Positions 19,627 through 34,787 of a stretch of 64,000 bases of DNA are shown one piece after another (within the stretch, counting starts at the first letter, position 1; the number at the start of each line of letters is the position of its first letter). The notes beneath the pieces were generated by a model, which saw only the letters and a program-made list of their open reading frames with translations, did no database searches and was not told the DNA's origin. The stretch comes from Asterionella formosa (Eukaryota), in contig NKIB01012208.1 in the NCBI GenBank assembly GCA_002256025.1, forward strand, positions 1 to 64,000. The letters are read 5' to 3'. A program made the position numbers and the translations under genes.

Positions 19627-21864
19627 ATGAAGCAAACGATTGCTGTCGCGCTCTTGCTGGCCATGAGCGCCACTACCAGCACTCAAGCCTTTGCGCCTCA
19701 CGCCAAACTCCTCCTTCGTACTTGTTCCTCTCCCCGTACTCGCCGTACTCCTACCACTAGATCTCGCATGACAATGGATTTGGAAATGCCACCACCAACA
19801 CCACCAGCCGTCGAAACAGTGGTTCCTTCCATTGTCTCACGGGGAGGTGGACCTGTTGATGTCAGGTATTCAGAATTTCTTAAATTAGTCAATGCCGACA
19901 AGGTTGAGAAGGTGACCTTCTCTAGTGATGGATCCAAGTTGTTGGGAGTTGACGTGGATGGGACTCGGCTTCAAATTGAATCTCTTCCAAATGACCCTGA
20001 CTTGTTGTCTCAACTTACAATTCACAAGGTATGTATGTATGTGTGTGTATACATATATATATATATATACTTTTTTTTCATGCTACTAGAATTGACACTC
20101 ATTCATGCTTACTCCTACTTAAACTCACTTTAACATACACACAGGTGGATGTCACTGTCCTTCCAGCACAAGAAGCAAATGATTTAGGAAATTTGGCACA
20201 ATCATTGATTCTTCCTGCTGCCTTGTTTGCTGGACTTTTCTTCTTGACTAGGAATGGAGGAGCAGGGATTGGAGGTGGTGGACCAGGAAATCCAATGGGA
20301 TTTGGAAAATCTAAAGCAGAGTAAGTTGAGGTCTTCTACAAACTGTGCGATATCCCATTATCAACTATTCACCCATTACAACAACAACAGAATCCAAATG
20401 ATTCCAAATACTGGAGTCACATTTGACCAAGTAGCTGGATGTGATGGGGCCAAATTGGAACTTCAGGAAGTGGTGGACTTTCTTAAGCAGCCAGAAGCAT
20501 ACACTAAGATGGGATGCAAAATTCCCCGTGGAGTCATTCTAGATGGACCTCCAGGAACTGGAAAGACACTACTAGCCAAGGCTGTGGCCGGAGAAGCAGG
20601 GGTTCCCTTCATTTCCATATCAGGATCTGAATTTGTCGAAATGTTTGTTGGGGTCGGAGCTTCAAGAGTGCGTGATATCTTTAGTCAAGCCAAAAAGAAT
20701 GCTCCCTGCATTATCTTTATTGATGAAATTGATGCTGTAGGACGCCAACGTGGAGCTGGATTTGCTGGAGGAAATGATGAACGGGAACAAACAGTCAACC
20801 AAATTTTGGTCGAAATGGATGGTTTCAATGGAAATCCCGGGGTCATTACCATTGCCGCTACCAATCGTATCGATATCCTCGATGCCGCCCTCTTGCGTCC
20901 TGGACGATTCGATCGTAAAGTTACTGTCCCCCTTCCAGATTTCAAGGGACGCACCAAGATCTTGGAAGTGCACTCGCGTGGTAAGCCACTCGAACCAGAT
21001 GTTGATCTCGAAGCCATTTCTCGACGAACACCTGGATTCTCCGGGGCTCAACTTGAAAATCTTATGAATGAAGCTGCTATTTCTGCTGCTCGTGCTGCCA
21101 AGGCAACCATTGGATGGGAACAGATTGATTCAGCTGTAGATCGGCTCATGGTGGGTTTGGAAAAAAAGGGCGGAAACGATCTTGCCAAGCAAAAGGAGCT
21201 TGTGGCCTATCATGAGGCTGGTCACGCTGTGGTGGGTGCCCTTGTTCCTGACTATGATCAAGTCCAGAAGATTACAATCATTCCACGTTCTAATGGAGCG
21301 GGTGGATTGACATTCTTTGCTCCTCAAGAATCTCGTCTTGAGTCAGGCCTGTACAGCAAACAGTACCTGGAATCGCAGTTGGCAGTGGCACTTGGTGGAC
21401 GTCTTGCGGAAGAAATTATCTATGGAGAAGACCTTGTTACTACGGGCGCCTCGAATGATATTCAACAAGTTGCCAATATTGCCAAACGCATGGTGAAGGA
21501 ATGGGGCTTTTCGGACAAGGTTGGACGTGTCTGTGTTGCCGAACCAGGTGGTAGACCAAGTTTTATGGGGATGCGAATGTTGCGTCGTCCAACGACGTGG
21601 GGTGGACGAATCAATGGTGTGGCAGAGGCAGAAGTCGAACGTCTCGTGAACAACGCCTACATTGTGGCGAAAGAGATTTTGGAAGATAATCGCGGTTTAC
21701 TTGATCATTTAGCCAAGACTTTGATGGATCAGGAACAAGTTTCGGCGGAAGAGTTCCAAATGATGCTGGTTGAATTCAAAGCAAAGACGATTCCCTATGA
21801 AACGCTTGGATTGGATCGCAACCGTGACAAGCTTCCTTTTCAGGAGTTTCCAGTAGCAGTCTGA
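19627..21864 (+). CDS. ftsH: Plastid thylakoid ATP-dependent zinc metalloprotease FtsH (type A, FtsH1/5-like); exons 19627-20028, 20145-20320, 20391-21864
   Basis: Signal peptide plus TQAFAP. Walker A GPPGTGKT, Walker [30 protein letters not shown] zinc motif, RLESGLYS. Two GT-AG introns restore the frame (IHK|VDV; KSKAE|IQM). Confidence 0.96.
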
Positions 21865-22618
21865 GTCAATTTACTTGGGTTTTTAAAGGAGGATGCTACT
21901 GACAATACGATTCCAACATTTCAAGTCATGATGTTAAGGCACTGCGGCTGAAAATTCATTAGACTCAATATACATACTTAGCTATTACTTCATGCAGTTA
22001 TTTGAGTTTCAAGGAAATTCAAATCTAGGAAGTAGTAAAATAAGAAATAGATATGTTTCAGTCAGTAATAAAGGGCCTTTGTACAAGACTTCTCGATTCG
22101 GACGTTTTCGTAATGAATGATTAAATCGTTTTGTGGATTTAGTGTATCATTCGTTTTGTCGTAGCTTAAATGGTTGGTCACAGTCATTCACCTCTCTATT
22201 CAGGCTTTCCTAAAGAAATCGACTGAGAATGTAGATTGAACGAAAGTTCCCCTGTTGTCGCTTTTGCTAGAATGGTAATTATCCTTTAATATCAGCGCGG
22301 TGATGTTTGGCATTTGCATGTCGCTGTGGCTTCCATTGATCATGTTTGCCAATTCGAGGAATCTAGGTTTCTTGCTGAACCTCGACTCTACATGCCAAGT
22401 GATCTATAACTGTATCCTTTATGATTTTGAAAGTGAACGCATTTCTTGACAGATTTCGCATGGAGACGTTTCACATTCTTTTCTTTAAACTAGAAGGAAT
22501 TTTCTATAATTAGATTATTTGATGACATCATATTTGATGGGACGGGCATAGTATACAGGTTGGTTATCGAGACAAAAGTGAATTGAAGTGACGCAGTGAT
22601 TGATGAAGAACAAGGGGT

Positions 22619-23164
22619 TCATCTATCTATTCTTTGTCTGCATAATCCTTGTTGAACCCACTTCGCATGATCCACTCCGAGGCCCTCTGGCATCTTCTTT
22701 TGATAAGAATTCCAGTACACTGCTTGCTTAGTGAGACAATTGTAGTCATCCTTGCCCCAGTCCCGCACCATGGTGTTGCGCTTCTTGGGATCAAATTGAA
22801 CATCGGTGTAGTTGAGCACTCCATTCAGAGTCATTCCAACCATAAAGGTCATCGCACAACCCATCACGACAAGAATCGGGTACGTAGCTGGGTCCGAAAG
22901 CCAGGCCTTCTTGAGGTTATACTTGTATTGTGGCTAACAAGAGTGAAGAAGAAGATTGGAAAGAGGAGGAAAGAGATGAGATGATGAAGTGAAGGTACGA
23001 ATAACTGAGCCGACAGTCGTCCTTGCGCTCATTCTTGTTCCAAACACCGCATTGCACATTGTACGTACCGGAAGTGGAGGCTCAGGTCGAGGAAGAGTAG
23101 TAGCAAGTCGCTTGGAACCCAAGCGGGTGAAGTTGCGAGAGAGAAGTGGTCTGAGAGCGTTCAT
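22619..23164 (-). CDS. NDUFA4/B12D-like mitochondrial small membrane protein, copy A (5-bp deletion changes the last residues); exons 23164-23069 and 22933-22619
   Basis: Nearly identical to copy B. Lacks 5 bp (TCTTT) near 22650, giving ...WVQQGLCRQRIDR* instead of ...WVQQKKDYADKE*. Confidence 0.7.
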
Positions 23165-26100
23165 GATAAGTACTTTTCGTATTTTAATTTAGGTGCAGGT
23201 AATAAATAGTCTTGTGAACTGTGAAATCGAAAATGTGAGCATCAAACTCTTCCAAATGTGGCATCAGCCTTTCTGTTCGTCCACTGGTCCTGGTAATTTC
23301 CTGTACCGGTATTTATGTTACCGGTACCGTAGTAGGCCAGAATGCGAACATAACAATCTTGCACTTCCATGGGTATGCTCTGCCATTGAGCAGGTTATGC
23401 CTTCTTATTTCCTCTCAATGCCTTTTTTTAGCAGTCTTTACTCCTCCTGCTGAGTGTACCCAATGCGAACTTGATTGTCACTCGCCGAGAACACTGATGC
23501 GAACTGAATCTTTGACACGAGCGTGCCCACCGTCATTCATGGATGCAAATACCGGTTTCCTTGTTCCAGTGCCGTTATGGGTTACCTAAATGCTGATACC
23601 GGGGCATCCAAAAAATCGGCAATGCATATTGTTTTGTACAACAATAATCTTCCGCAAATCCTGTGTTCCTCTCTCCACAAATGAACACACCCACTACTAC
23701 CAGTAGATTTACTTAGATGAAGACACAGGATGATGACGATTTTGACAATGTCCCCTTGTTCTGTTGATCAAAACTTCATTCCCACTGTCTTCTCTGGGTG
23801 TAGTATTCAATAAGGGTGGTTTCTCGGAGATTGGATGTGACAGGAAGCCTCTCATAGGATGGGCTAGTATTGACAGCAGGAGAGGGAGGGACTGGAGAGA
23901 GTGGCAATTGGACACTTGTCATAGGCTAGATGGGTAAAGGCAGCACCAGCTTCAATACCGGTATTCAATTTGGCAGGGTCGTGGCATAGTGATATTGTTC
24001 TTGAATGACTCGGTTTTGTTGTAAGCATGATCATTTGATTTTCCAAATTTTGGCACACTTGCTTATGTGCAAGAAAATAAGCACAAGTCACATGCAAGTA
24101 CTAATTTCTAGAGTGATGAAGCTGTATATACCTCTTTCTACACATCTACAAATAGACAACACGATCATATTCTTGTGATGCATCGTATATTTAAGTCACA
24201 AATAATATTTTAAGCACATTTAAACTAACTAAGAATCGCACTTGTGCCTTGTGAGACACCCTCATGTGATGCATCTTAAAGTGACAATCATATAATAGTA
24301 TAATTTCAATATATCATCTAATATGGATTATTGTAAGTATAAATATAGATACATGTATTCATGTAATGTTTACCATCACACTACAACAATCAGCATTCGC
24401 TCAATCAATTGACATTAATTATTAGCTTGTAATCAAATTCAGAGGCACATCAATGCACATGATTCTTCATTTCTTTGCAAGGTCTTCGATTGTTGCCACT
24501 GGAACATGTCGATAGCACTGCTGCTGGATTGAATTGGCCAGAGTCAATGGCATACTACGTGGCTAGCTAATACATTTGAAATCATGTTTAATGGTTCTTT
24601 GTCATGCATACCGGTAACACATTCTAGAATGAGAAATAGAATAAGCCACATGAAAAAGAAAACTGAAGTGAAGATAAAACACATTGAAAAACCTTGCGGT
24701 TGAGAAGATTGAAAATGAAAAAGTGAACGGAATCTAGCTATATTATGTCAAGGGCACATGCCAGGATGATCAACTGTCGGGTTCACAAGCAAAGAATAGA
24801 TGATTGCTTCCTTCTCAAGTGGTTCAATAACTCATTTTGCATTTTCTGAGAAACCACCAATGTCGACAAAACAAAATTGGTAAGAACTCTGGTTGGATCT
24901 ATGCACAATCGTTAGAACATTACTGACACATGCATATATTTAATCTTTCAGGATAATCGTAATCAAATGTTTTGATGTAAAGCAAGTGTAACTGACATCG
25001 GTGGAACAATTTTTTGAAAGTAATTGCTCAAGTTTTCTCGTTAATTTGTTCATTAGATAAAAATAATCATCTTTTAAAAGCTATTAAGCCAGTCATCCCG
25101 GACTCAACGAAGTCTCATTTTCTCTTATATCTTGAAAACTGAGCAAACGACGACAACAAAAAATTCTAGTGACAATTTCAAAAATGAATTGTTGTCAACA
25201 TTAGTGCAAACTTTCTTATTTTCGAAAGATTATTTCGTCTATGTTAGGCTAGATACATGTACGTAATAGCTATAGCAATAGTTTATTGGTAATCTTCGAT
25301 TTGTCAGTATCTTTTATTATATGCATGATTCGATTCAAACACACGCTGCCACCATGCATTAGGCACAGAGAAAATGACAATGAAGCTCAATCATTCTTTG
25401 ACAAGGACATTTGATCTTCTGTGAGTTTGAGAAGTATGTTAGGACTTGAGACAAGCTCATAATTCCATAATCAAAATATTAAATGGTTTTGTCATGGCTT
25501 TGTCGAAACTTTCATATGAATGATCATCTGAGTGTAATTCAATGCGCATACAGTCGAACCAGGCGATATCAGTAAGGCATCTTTTGTAGTATGCGAAGTT
25601 GTCAGCTGGACTGTAGGTGCATGTGTTAGCCTTATCAAGGGATTTACTGAAACTAATCAAGAAAGATTCCACTGAGAATCTATTGATCACATTTCGCTCA
25701 AAAGAATCCAAGCGTCGAACTTTTAGGTATAAAAGAAAAGGTCTGCGTCTTGATGTTAAGTATGCTGTTATCTTTGATCAAAGAGAGACCAATGAAACTT
25801 CTTTGAAAATACATTGACATTGTTAATTCTAATTTTAAAATCTTTTTTAATTCAAAGTGAAGTGTCTAACTAGAAGTAGTAGTATTTTTTGATTTATGAG
25901 CTTATTAGATAAACCTTGTGTGCAACTCAATCTCCTAGGTTATTTTAGTCGAGTTCTTTCCTGGTAAAGTTCTGATATAATCAATGTAAACCTAACACTA
26001 TGGGTTTGTCTGTAGTTGAGCAAGATCGCTCACTTGGTACTCCAGGTAAAATCAGTATACTTTAGGGATGACATGTATGCGTTGAGCAGCAGCCATGTAG

Positions 26101-26283
26101 GTATGGCATCCTAATATTTAGTGAAAAAAGTCATCATGGATGCCCTTGACTAATTCTTTGTGCAGATTACAACCTTTTTGTGCAAATATGGTAATGAGCC
26201 GATACCTGTGATCTTGTACATGTGATACGTTTTATTTGCAGAGGTACCTCTATAATGTTGTGTAGGCTCTACAGGGTTCTGTC

Positions 26284-27519
26284 TTGCCAGAACTTCCGCA
26301 AGCTAACCACATCATATTTTTTATTTGTGCATCATGGATGACATCAAAATTGATCAGTCTCAGGCTGATGAAAACGATTTTGGCAGAAGCGTTTTCGAAG
26401 CCAAATAACATCAAACCGACCGCCAGAGCATATTCTGTGTTACCTGAGCAGATCAGGCGATGGAAGACCATGTTTGCTTCATTAACTGTTACAGCAGGAG
26501 ACGAGAGCGATGAGGAAGACGACAATCAACCAAATCGTCAGCTCTTGCAGATTTTGAATAAGAAAACAGCTCACCAAGGTGGTGTCAGAAAAAGTGTTGT
26601 TGAATTCAAAATTTAGCGGTCATCTTAAAGGCAGCAAGATCAATGCTGCACCATTTGAATGCTCGCTATTGAGCTTAAAAGGGTGGCTGCGAACGAAAAT
26701 GTGTATCTTGCGGCTCTGTCCAAAAGGGTCAAGCGATGTATGGTGGAGTAGGGTTTCATTCTTTGTCGATTGACACATGTTGTTCAGAACAAAAGACTCG
26801 ACCAAGACAGAGTGCTTGAGTTTATAATATACTCCAATCAACAGATTCATTCCTTTGGTATGAATCCTAGTAGATGCATTCCCAACATTGATGAGACAAA
26901 CATAAACTTTGACTTGCATGGATCATTTACATTGGAGAAATGTGGAGCCAGGATGGTTGGATGGTTGGATGGATACTTCAGGTACCCCCGGTCGTTGAAC
27001 TGTGCTGGTAAGTGCAACTCTTTGTGGAAAAAACTAGCTACCTCCATTCATTGTGTTCAAGGCAACCAGTGATGGACAGATAAGGAGGCAGTTAGTCATC
27101 AATCCAGGTCAGTGAAAGACTCTTGCCAGGCCAGGGCTTGGGTAGACCAAACTGGCTGTCTTTTTGAATTGGATTGAGCAGGATGCTAGGAGAGCCAACT
27201 TAACCACTTATGATGACTTTTTGGTGCCCAAAGTTGGCGAATGTGGCTGTAGATGCCATTTAACCTTGTGGTACCGAGGTCGACTATATAACAATCACTG
27301 GCTAGTAATCATCCCAGCTTCAAGTTCTGGATGTGGGAGTCAATAAGCCATTCATATGTGCAGGCTGCTTGGGATAATTTTATGTTTCAACACCTAAAAA
27401 ATGAAAATGTTAAGAGGAGGCACAATGTTGCCCAATGGTTGGAGGCAGCATGGGTCAAGGTAACTCTGTCAATCACAAATACCTGGGCCAGCATTGGATA
27501 CAAATCTGGTTTACTTTAA
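26284..27519 (+). mobile_element. Degenerate pogo-family (DDE_1) transposase
   Basis: HTH-like TARAYSVLPEQIRRWK; NIDETNINFD; QVLDVGVNKPF at ~27320 (the family QPLDVGVNKPFK motif); RRHNVAQWLEAAW. Multiple frameshifts and stops. Confidence 0.85.
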
Positions 27520-29587
27520 TTGTAGTCTATTTGGATATATTTTAGTGATATCATCTTTTATTTGTTAAATATTTTGTTTTCAAATTACATGTCTGACTTG
27601 CAAATGGAAAAATTATGATATATTTTGTTGACAAATCGAAATTATATCGAAAGACTTCTTCAAGTAAGTCTTAAAATGTTCCAATTTTTAAAATGTATGG
27701 CATGTCTTGTTAATGACTTGTATATAAATCAAACGACCATTTTCAATTCTTAAATGCTCAACTACTAGTTAATATGATGTATTAAATATATCTTTGTTCA
27801 ATCAAGATTACTGAGCCTTAGTAAACGAAATCCCCTTTAGAATCCATCAAAATATATATATTCCTTTTGCTATTACTTACCTTATAATTAGAAATATTGT
27901 TATGATGTGCAGTCTTTCATCAAGTATCTATCATGCCATGATTGCTATTCGTATCAAACTCAGCCACTTTTCAAGATAGGTTGAAATGGATTGTAATTTA
28001 ACTGTATCGATAACTAGAATTGATTTTATTTCTCTATTTTTTATAGCTATACAATTTTCCACTTTTCTCTCTTCATGTCCCCCCCGCCCCCTTCTTAACT
28101 CCAATTCAGAATCTCTTCTCATTGTTTGCTATCTCTTCCCCTTTCTGCTATTCCGACTCTGTATTCCAATTTAAGAACTGTTTGTTGTCCTTATCATTCA
28201 AACAATGAGAAAGAAATTACTCGTTAGTCATGTTTCATGTTTGCAGTGTTTACACCACAACATGCACCTGTTGACATCATATGCAAAAGGAATGAGCTTT
28301 TAATATTTCTTTTTTTAATTGACACTGGTATATTACTAATGCTTGATCGAATAAAAATAGTATCAGTCTTAAGAGGGGCGCTTCAGCCTTTGAACAGAAG
28401 CAGCGCGTACAGCAATGCCCATATTATTGGGGATATTTTGCAAGTTTGCACTACTAGCTGTTGTATTACTTACACATTGTTATGGTCACATGACACTTGA
28501 TGTTACCTGATGGATCAGTATGAGCCTTATGTCATCAACATCCTCTCGTGTCCAGAGAAATCGTTGTCATGATAATTCAATTGTTGTCAATACCACCCGC
28601 AAGTTAAGTGTTTCTTAAGAAAGCATTCAAAGTCATTCTCATTTTTCCAAACCTAAGCAATTTTATTCATGCTAGGAAGTCAAAAGTTTCATTCCTGTTT
28701 CTCCAAAAGGCAGTTGTTAGAACGAACGTCAAGCAGACACAACGATTGCTCACACTGGAGATCAACATTCTACTGATATGAGCCACTTTTTGATTAAACG
28801 AAAAAAATAATGAAATTTGACGTCGATATATTTTTACTCCACAACGAGTCATCCATGACCTAAGATTTACTTTTAGGTGGATGTGAACTTGGAGCCCTGC
28901 CAAATGGATGATATGACGATGTGGTCCATCCAGTAACAAGATCTGTGAATCATTCTCAAATCCGAAGGAATCATTTCTCCATGACTCTCTGATAAGGGAA
29001 TATTTATTCGAAAATTTTGTCGTTACTTTCTGGAATAATGATGACTATAGATAGGTTTGATAAATTGAAAAATATATTTTCAATCTTTATTCCAAAGGTA
29101 AGAAATGCTCTTGATGGAAATATTTGAAGAACAGTGAAATTTCGAAGGATCATTTCCCCACTCTTACGCACTGTCCTATATGCCTAAACTTTCTCCCTTT
29201 CATCAAGCAAAGTAAAATGGAAATATTCAACCTTTGTCTGAATATCATCAAAAATTTACAGACCCCTGCACTTGAATAATGTTTAAATAAATATGGCACA
29301 TGCAAGTGCTATCGATTTAGAGAAGTAGGAAGTTCTCCAATCCTGCAGAGAATTGTAGGCATGTGTGATTGTGATAGAAATCATACATAGTTCTAGGGAT
29401 TCCAAACTTGAACAATGCAGTAGTTGAAAGATTTCTACTGCCGTTTAATATTTTGTTAAAACTATATGCATAGGAAGAAAAACTTAAGTAAATTTTTGTG
29501 GGACCTACTAGTTATACAGGCTGGTTATCGAGACAAAAGTGAATTGAAGTGACGCAGTGATTGATGAAGAACAAGGGGTTCATCTAT

Positions 29588-30130
29588 CTATTCTTTGTCT
29601 GCATAATCCTTCTTTTGTTGAACCCACTTCGCATGATCCACTCCGAGGCCCTCTGGCATCTTCTTTTGATAAGAATTCCAGTACACTGCTTGCTTAGTGA
29701 GACAATTGTAGTCATCCTTGCCCCAGTCCCGCACCATGGTGTTGCGCTTCTTGGGATCAAATTGAACATCGGTGTAGTTGAGCATTCCATTCAGAGTCAT
29801 TCCAACCATAAAGGTCATCGCACAACCCATCACGACAAGAATCGGGTACGTAGCTGGGTCCGAAAGCCAGGCCTTCTTGAGGTTATACTTGTATTGTGGC
29901 TAACAAGAGTGAAGAAGAAGATTGGAAAGAGGAGGAAAGAGATGAGATGATGAAGTGAAGGTACGAATAACTGAGCCGACAGTCGTCCTTGCGCTCATTC
30001 TTGTTCCAAACACCGCATTGCACATTGTACGTACCGGAAGTGGAGGCTCAGGTCGAGGAAGAGTAGTAGCAAGTCGCTTGGAACCCAAGCGGGTGAAGTT
30101 GCGAGAGAGAAGTGGTCTGAGAGCGTTCAT
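29588..30130 (-). CDS. NDUFA4/B12D-like mitochondrial small membrane protein, copy B (intact, 135 aa); exons 30130-30035 and 29899-29588
   Basis: Mitochondrial-type presequence MNALRPLLSRNFTRLGSKRL; WLSDPATYPILVVMG TM segment followed by DVQFDPKKR; GTACGT...TTAG phase-0 intron. Confidence 0.8.
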
Positions 30131-30955
30131 GATAAGTACTTTTCGTATTTTAATTTAGGTGCAGGTAATAAATAGTCTTGTGAACTGTGAAGTCGAAATT
30201 ATGAGCATCAATCTTATCAAACTCTTCCGAATCATGCTGATGCAAGTGGCATCAGCGTTCTTAGCAACGTAGACGGAACAAGGCATAATGTGAATGTATC
30301 AATCAACTACGCACTTCTATGGATATGCTCTACCATTGAGCAGGTTAAACATACGTGTTTATTTTTATACGGTATTCAATACTCGTACGAGTGTCGACTA
30401 GCTCTGAGTGTGCACAATGAGAACAGTCACAATGCGAACCCAGAATCTGCTTGAACTTTATCGATACTCCATATAGGAGTACCACATTTCTAGCACACAT
30501 AATACTGTATTATACCACAGATTGTGATGGATAGTATCAGGTAATCACGGTGCTCCACGAATTGGGAAAACAGTATGTTCAGTATACCGTAAAATTCTAA
30601 TATGTCTCCTACCTGTACTTGATATGTTGAAGTCACAACAGGAAGTTAATGAACTATACATGCAGGCTAGATGACCTTCTTTGAAAGATGCATCATATCA
30701 TCCCAGACTCCATTCTGGCAATTATTCTTGGTTTCCAACCTAGTCTAGTACTTTCACCATGGCCCTGTAGGTTAATCACCATCAACCAAAAACGACAACC
30801 ACTGTATAAGTAGGATAGTACCTGGTATAAGAACTGCCTCTTCGCGCACAGAGTCTGCATGAATTGATTTGCAAGATATGATGCATATTGTAATGTAAAT
30901 CATACATATGAAGGACCGGATTAACCTAGTAGTATCATTTACATGTATTGTGTTT

Positions 30956-32414
30956 TCATTTACGGCCAAAGAATCTTCCAAAAACTCCTTTCTTGGGCTT
31001 CTTTCCGCTGGTAGTAGTTGTGACAGGTGCTGGCACTTCACACACCACACCTGATTCATCCACATTGGAAACGTGATTGTCCGCTGTCCAACGGGAGGAT
31101 GCCGATTCCTCACTCATATCAGCGAATGGCTTCTCGGTACCGGTAGTATCATCTTCAGTCGGGGTAATGAATTCTTTAACCGAAGCTGTAACCGATTTGA
31201 CCGATGCTGCCACCGATTTGACCGATGCCACCGATTTGGCAGAAACAACCGAAGCCACACGAGAGATGCTTCGGACCATACTCTCTTCAGAATCAGTGTC
31301 TGGCTCCGTGACAAAAACACTCTCACTTTCCTTGGTTCCTGTTGCAAGTCTCTTCTTTCTGTAGATATGGAACACCGATAGTCCTGCCAAGGCGGCGCCT
31401 ATCAAGAAACAGAACCATGAAAAAGCCCCCAACCGCTGTTGGGCCTTGGAATGGTATGTGGTTGTCTGTCCCGACAATGCACTGACGTACTGTGCGTTGC
31501 GACCAAATGGATCGGGACACACGCCAGGATATTCCGTGGTCGAACAGGCTTTACTGTAGTACAAAATCGTTTCCGCCAACGATCCGTACCCAAGCTCACG
31601 ACGATCACGATTACCGCCAACTGAGACATCGTAATCCCAAATTTGAGTACAGGTAATGCTTTCCATGTTTGCAGTATAGGTATCCAAGGTATTAACAGTA
31701 TTGTTGAAATTGTTGCCATCGCAAAACTTCCCATTAAACGCGCTCCACACGAACTTGCCGGATTCGCATCCTGTTGTGTAGCTCATGTAGTTGTTGTATG
31801 TGTCACTACCTCCACCATTGTTACTGCCTTGGACAGAAGAGCAGGCGACAGTGGCTTGTTGTTCATACTCTAGTCCAAGGGCATTGGAGATGGTCATGGC
31901 ACCATAGGTGGTGAAGAAGGAATTAATAAAAGTTGCCTCGCTACACATGTTCTTTCTCTTCTTCAACTGCCGACTGGTGCCCGTAGCGGGGCGTAACACT
32001 CCATACAAGGAAAAGGCGGCATTGGCACGGTAGCAAGGGGTGCTACCTAGATACCAGTAGTTGTCACCACCATCACCTCCATCCATGCAAGCATTTGATC
32101 CAGGCGCATATGGAGACCAGCTGAGAATATTTGTGTGTGTGTATTAGATTCAGATGGTGAGTTAGAACGATCTGCAAAGTTGCAGCATTATTTGTTGATC
32201 AGTTGATAACGTAAACGTACACACAGCTATGAAACTTGATGTACAAAGCTTGAAACTGCTTCAAATCTTGAAGCACGTTGACCGCATCGTTCCAATACAT
32301 CGGGTTGTTCACATTGGGATTGCTAGTCCCCCCTGGATAATAGTTGGCGTCCTTCGTCGCTGTAGCCATAGTGGCTAAAAGGAGAAAAGAAACGACAGCC
32401 TGGAGCATCACCAT
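30956..32414 (-). CDS. Diatom-type Cys-rich secreted/type I membrane protein; exons 32414-32221 and 32120-30956
   Basis: Signal peptide MVMLQAVVSFLLLATMATA. The intron joins FHSCV|WSPY. Cys-rich ectodomain, TM (FSWFCFLIGAALAGLSVFHIY) and a cytosolic tail with SVKSVAA repeats. Confidence 0.85.
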
Positions 32415-34787
32415 TGTGTTTTCCAATGCAATTTTAGAAAAAATGAGTACTAGGGACAAAATCTGGCGGTCGAAAATCGATCCAAGGTCTATGTAGACGG
32501 GTTTGCTATACATACATGTATGTAAACATATCAGGCTATATCCCATTTATTCAAGAGATAACATTTTAGCATGTGAGCTCTATCTATGTACCTCGTACGG
32601 TAGTTGCAGTTTGTGCTTTTCCACTAATCTGCCCGGTACGTGATGGATATACCCCCCAAGGCGTTGACAAACTTTATGACATAAATATCATAGAAAAATG
32701 CCGCTAAATCGCTTTGTAGATACGGTATGTACGTACATAGGAGGCGTTGAACGGAATAATTCCAGCTCGCCGAATCATATATAGGTAGTTAAAGGACATA
32801 CCGGTACCTGGTACCGGGTATTATTATATGTATTCTTAATGCGTTTGAAAATGAGCATTCTTACCGTTGCAGGGCTGAGTGTGCAGAATACCGGGTATTA
32901 CCAATGTGTATACCGGTAGCTGGTACTCCAACAATGTACTTGGTACCTAAAATTGTTCCAGGTACTGACTGGTCCCGTACCATCCAGTAGCTGCTGCTTC
33001 ATTATTATCGGTAACTACCTGTGCCCTGGAAACACCTGAGAGGTACCGGCAACAGGTACCAGGTACGATAAAACCTGGTTTCTTGTACTCCCTCCCCCTC
33101 GATCTCCACAGCCACGATTGATTTTCCTTTTACCGGTTACCGGTAGGGGAGAACAAGACATTGGCCCTTTTTGATCGCCAAAAAATATACCGGGATATAT
33201 TTTATGTAGGAAACCAACTCCTTCTTCATCACCGTTTTCTCCATAGTCGAAAACGAAAATAGCAACAGTAAAAGATATGATATACATATATGTTGTTGTT
33301 GGTTTTTTCGTTATTGTTGCATTGCTCGGTGGATGATCGAAGAACATGTAGTAGCTCTCGTTGGCCTGGTACAAACCATTATTTCTAAAAATATAGCTAA
33401 ATATTTTTGTGCAATTCATCTCTGCCCTTGTCACAACCATCACCATGTTGTGTTGGTTCCCTTTGCTTCCCTTAAGTGCCTTGTGTTTTGCAACATAGCA
33501 TTAGGACCGTGATCATAAGGCCAATTGGAAACCATTCCACAAAAAAGATGACATCAAACTTTCAGTTGTTTGGATGATATTTTTGTTGGTGATGGCAGTG
33601 GAGTTGTCACAATGTGCATGAGTGCTGGATTCCAGCTGACCACCTCATTTACTTCATGAACCAACAATACAACATTCGAAGCAACATGCTATTAACTATG
33701 CACACATTGATGAAATGCATGAAGCTACCCTTCAATGTCCTACGATCCCAATAGAATCACCATTCCAAGTGCCACAATGGTGGACTTCTAGTATAAAGCC
33801 AACTGTCAACAAGTCAAGTGCATCCATTACATTCTAATTTCTTTTCTGACAATGATTCTCCTCCTCCTTTGTTTCCCAAGAACATTAATATTGCTTCTTT
33901 TCTTAATAATAGCATCACAAAGCGACTATTAGGGGGTTCAAGGCAAATTCGAACTGGAGAGGTGATGGATAATATTGAAGTTGAATTGCTTTGCAAAAGA
34001 GCCAAATTGATGCACTCAAATAAAGCTGATACTCCCTCCATTGAAGCCTTGAATCAACCTCAATCAGCATCAACAATTTTGGATAACAACAATGTATTCA
34101 AATATAGTTGATGTATTCGATTACAAATGTAGATGTATTCATGTGATTCATTCAAAAGTCAACATTCCTTTCTGCTTACACCAGGAAGGTTGGCTCATGT
34201 AGCTAGCTAATACAGGGCTTGATATGATGAAAGAATTAATTTTTGTCTGGACTACAGATGGGCAACAAAGGAATACCCTAATAATTGGCAGAAGAAAACG
34301 GGAGAAAAGGCATTTTGTAAATTAGTTATAATGATTGAGTCCCTTGAGGTTTATTAGGTACTCCTAGTGTCTAGTGATTAGTGATTCCTTTTCAGGTTGT
34401 TGCTTACCAAGTCGAATGAGTCGATTTTGGCGCCCACCGCCTGCCAGTCGCACCTTCTACTACCATGCCATGCTTGGCAACCAATCAAGCAAGAATCCTC
34501 GACAAGGAGAAGCAAAAACGCAATAAAGCAAGTCGGAGAAAACAAATGAACATATCAGCCATCAATAAAATATTTAGACAATTATTATTTGGAGTAAAAA
34601 ACAAAACATTGTTGGTCCCTTCGCCCCTTCTTTTACATGAAGTTCGATTCTTGGTAATACAATCACTACATATACTAGCAGGTACATATTAGCCATCAGT
34701 ATTATTACCTCTCTATTTCATAGGTAACAGGTACCTGGTGCTCTCCATTCTCTGTTCTTCCGCTCCAACAATCCAACGTATCTCTCT

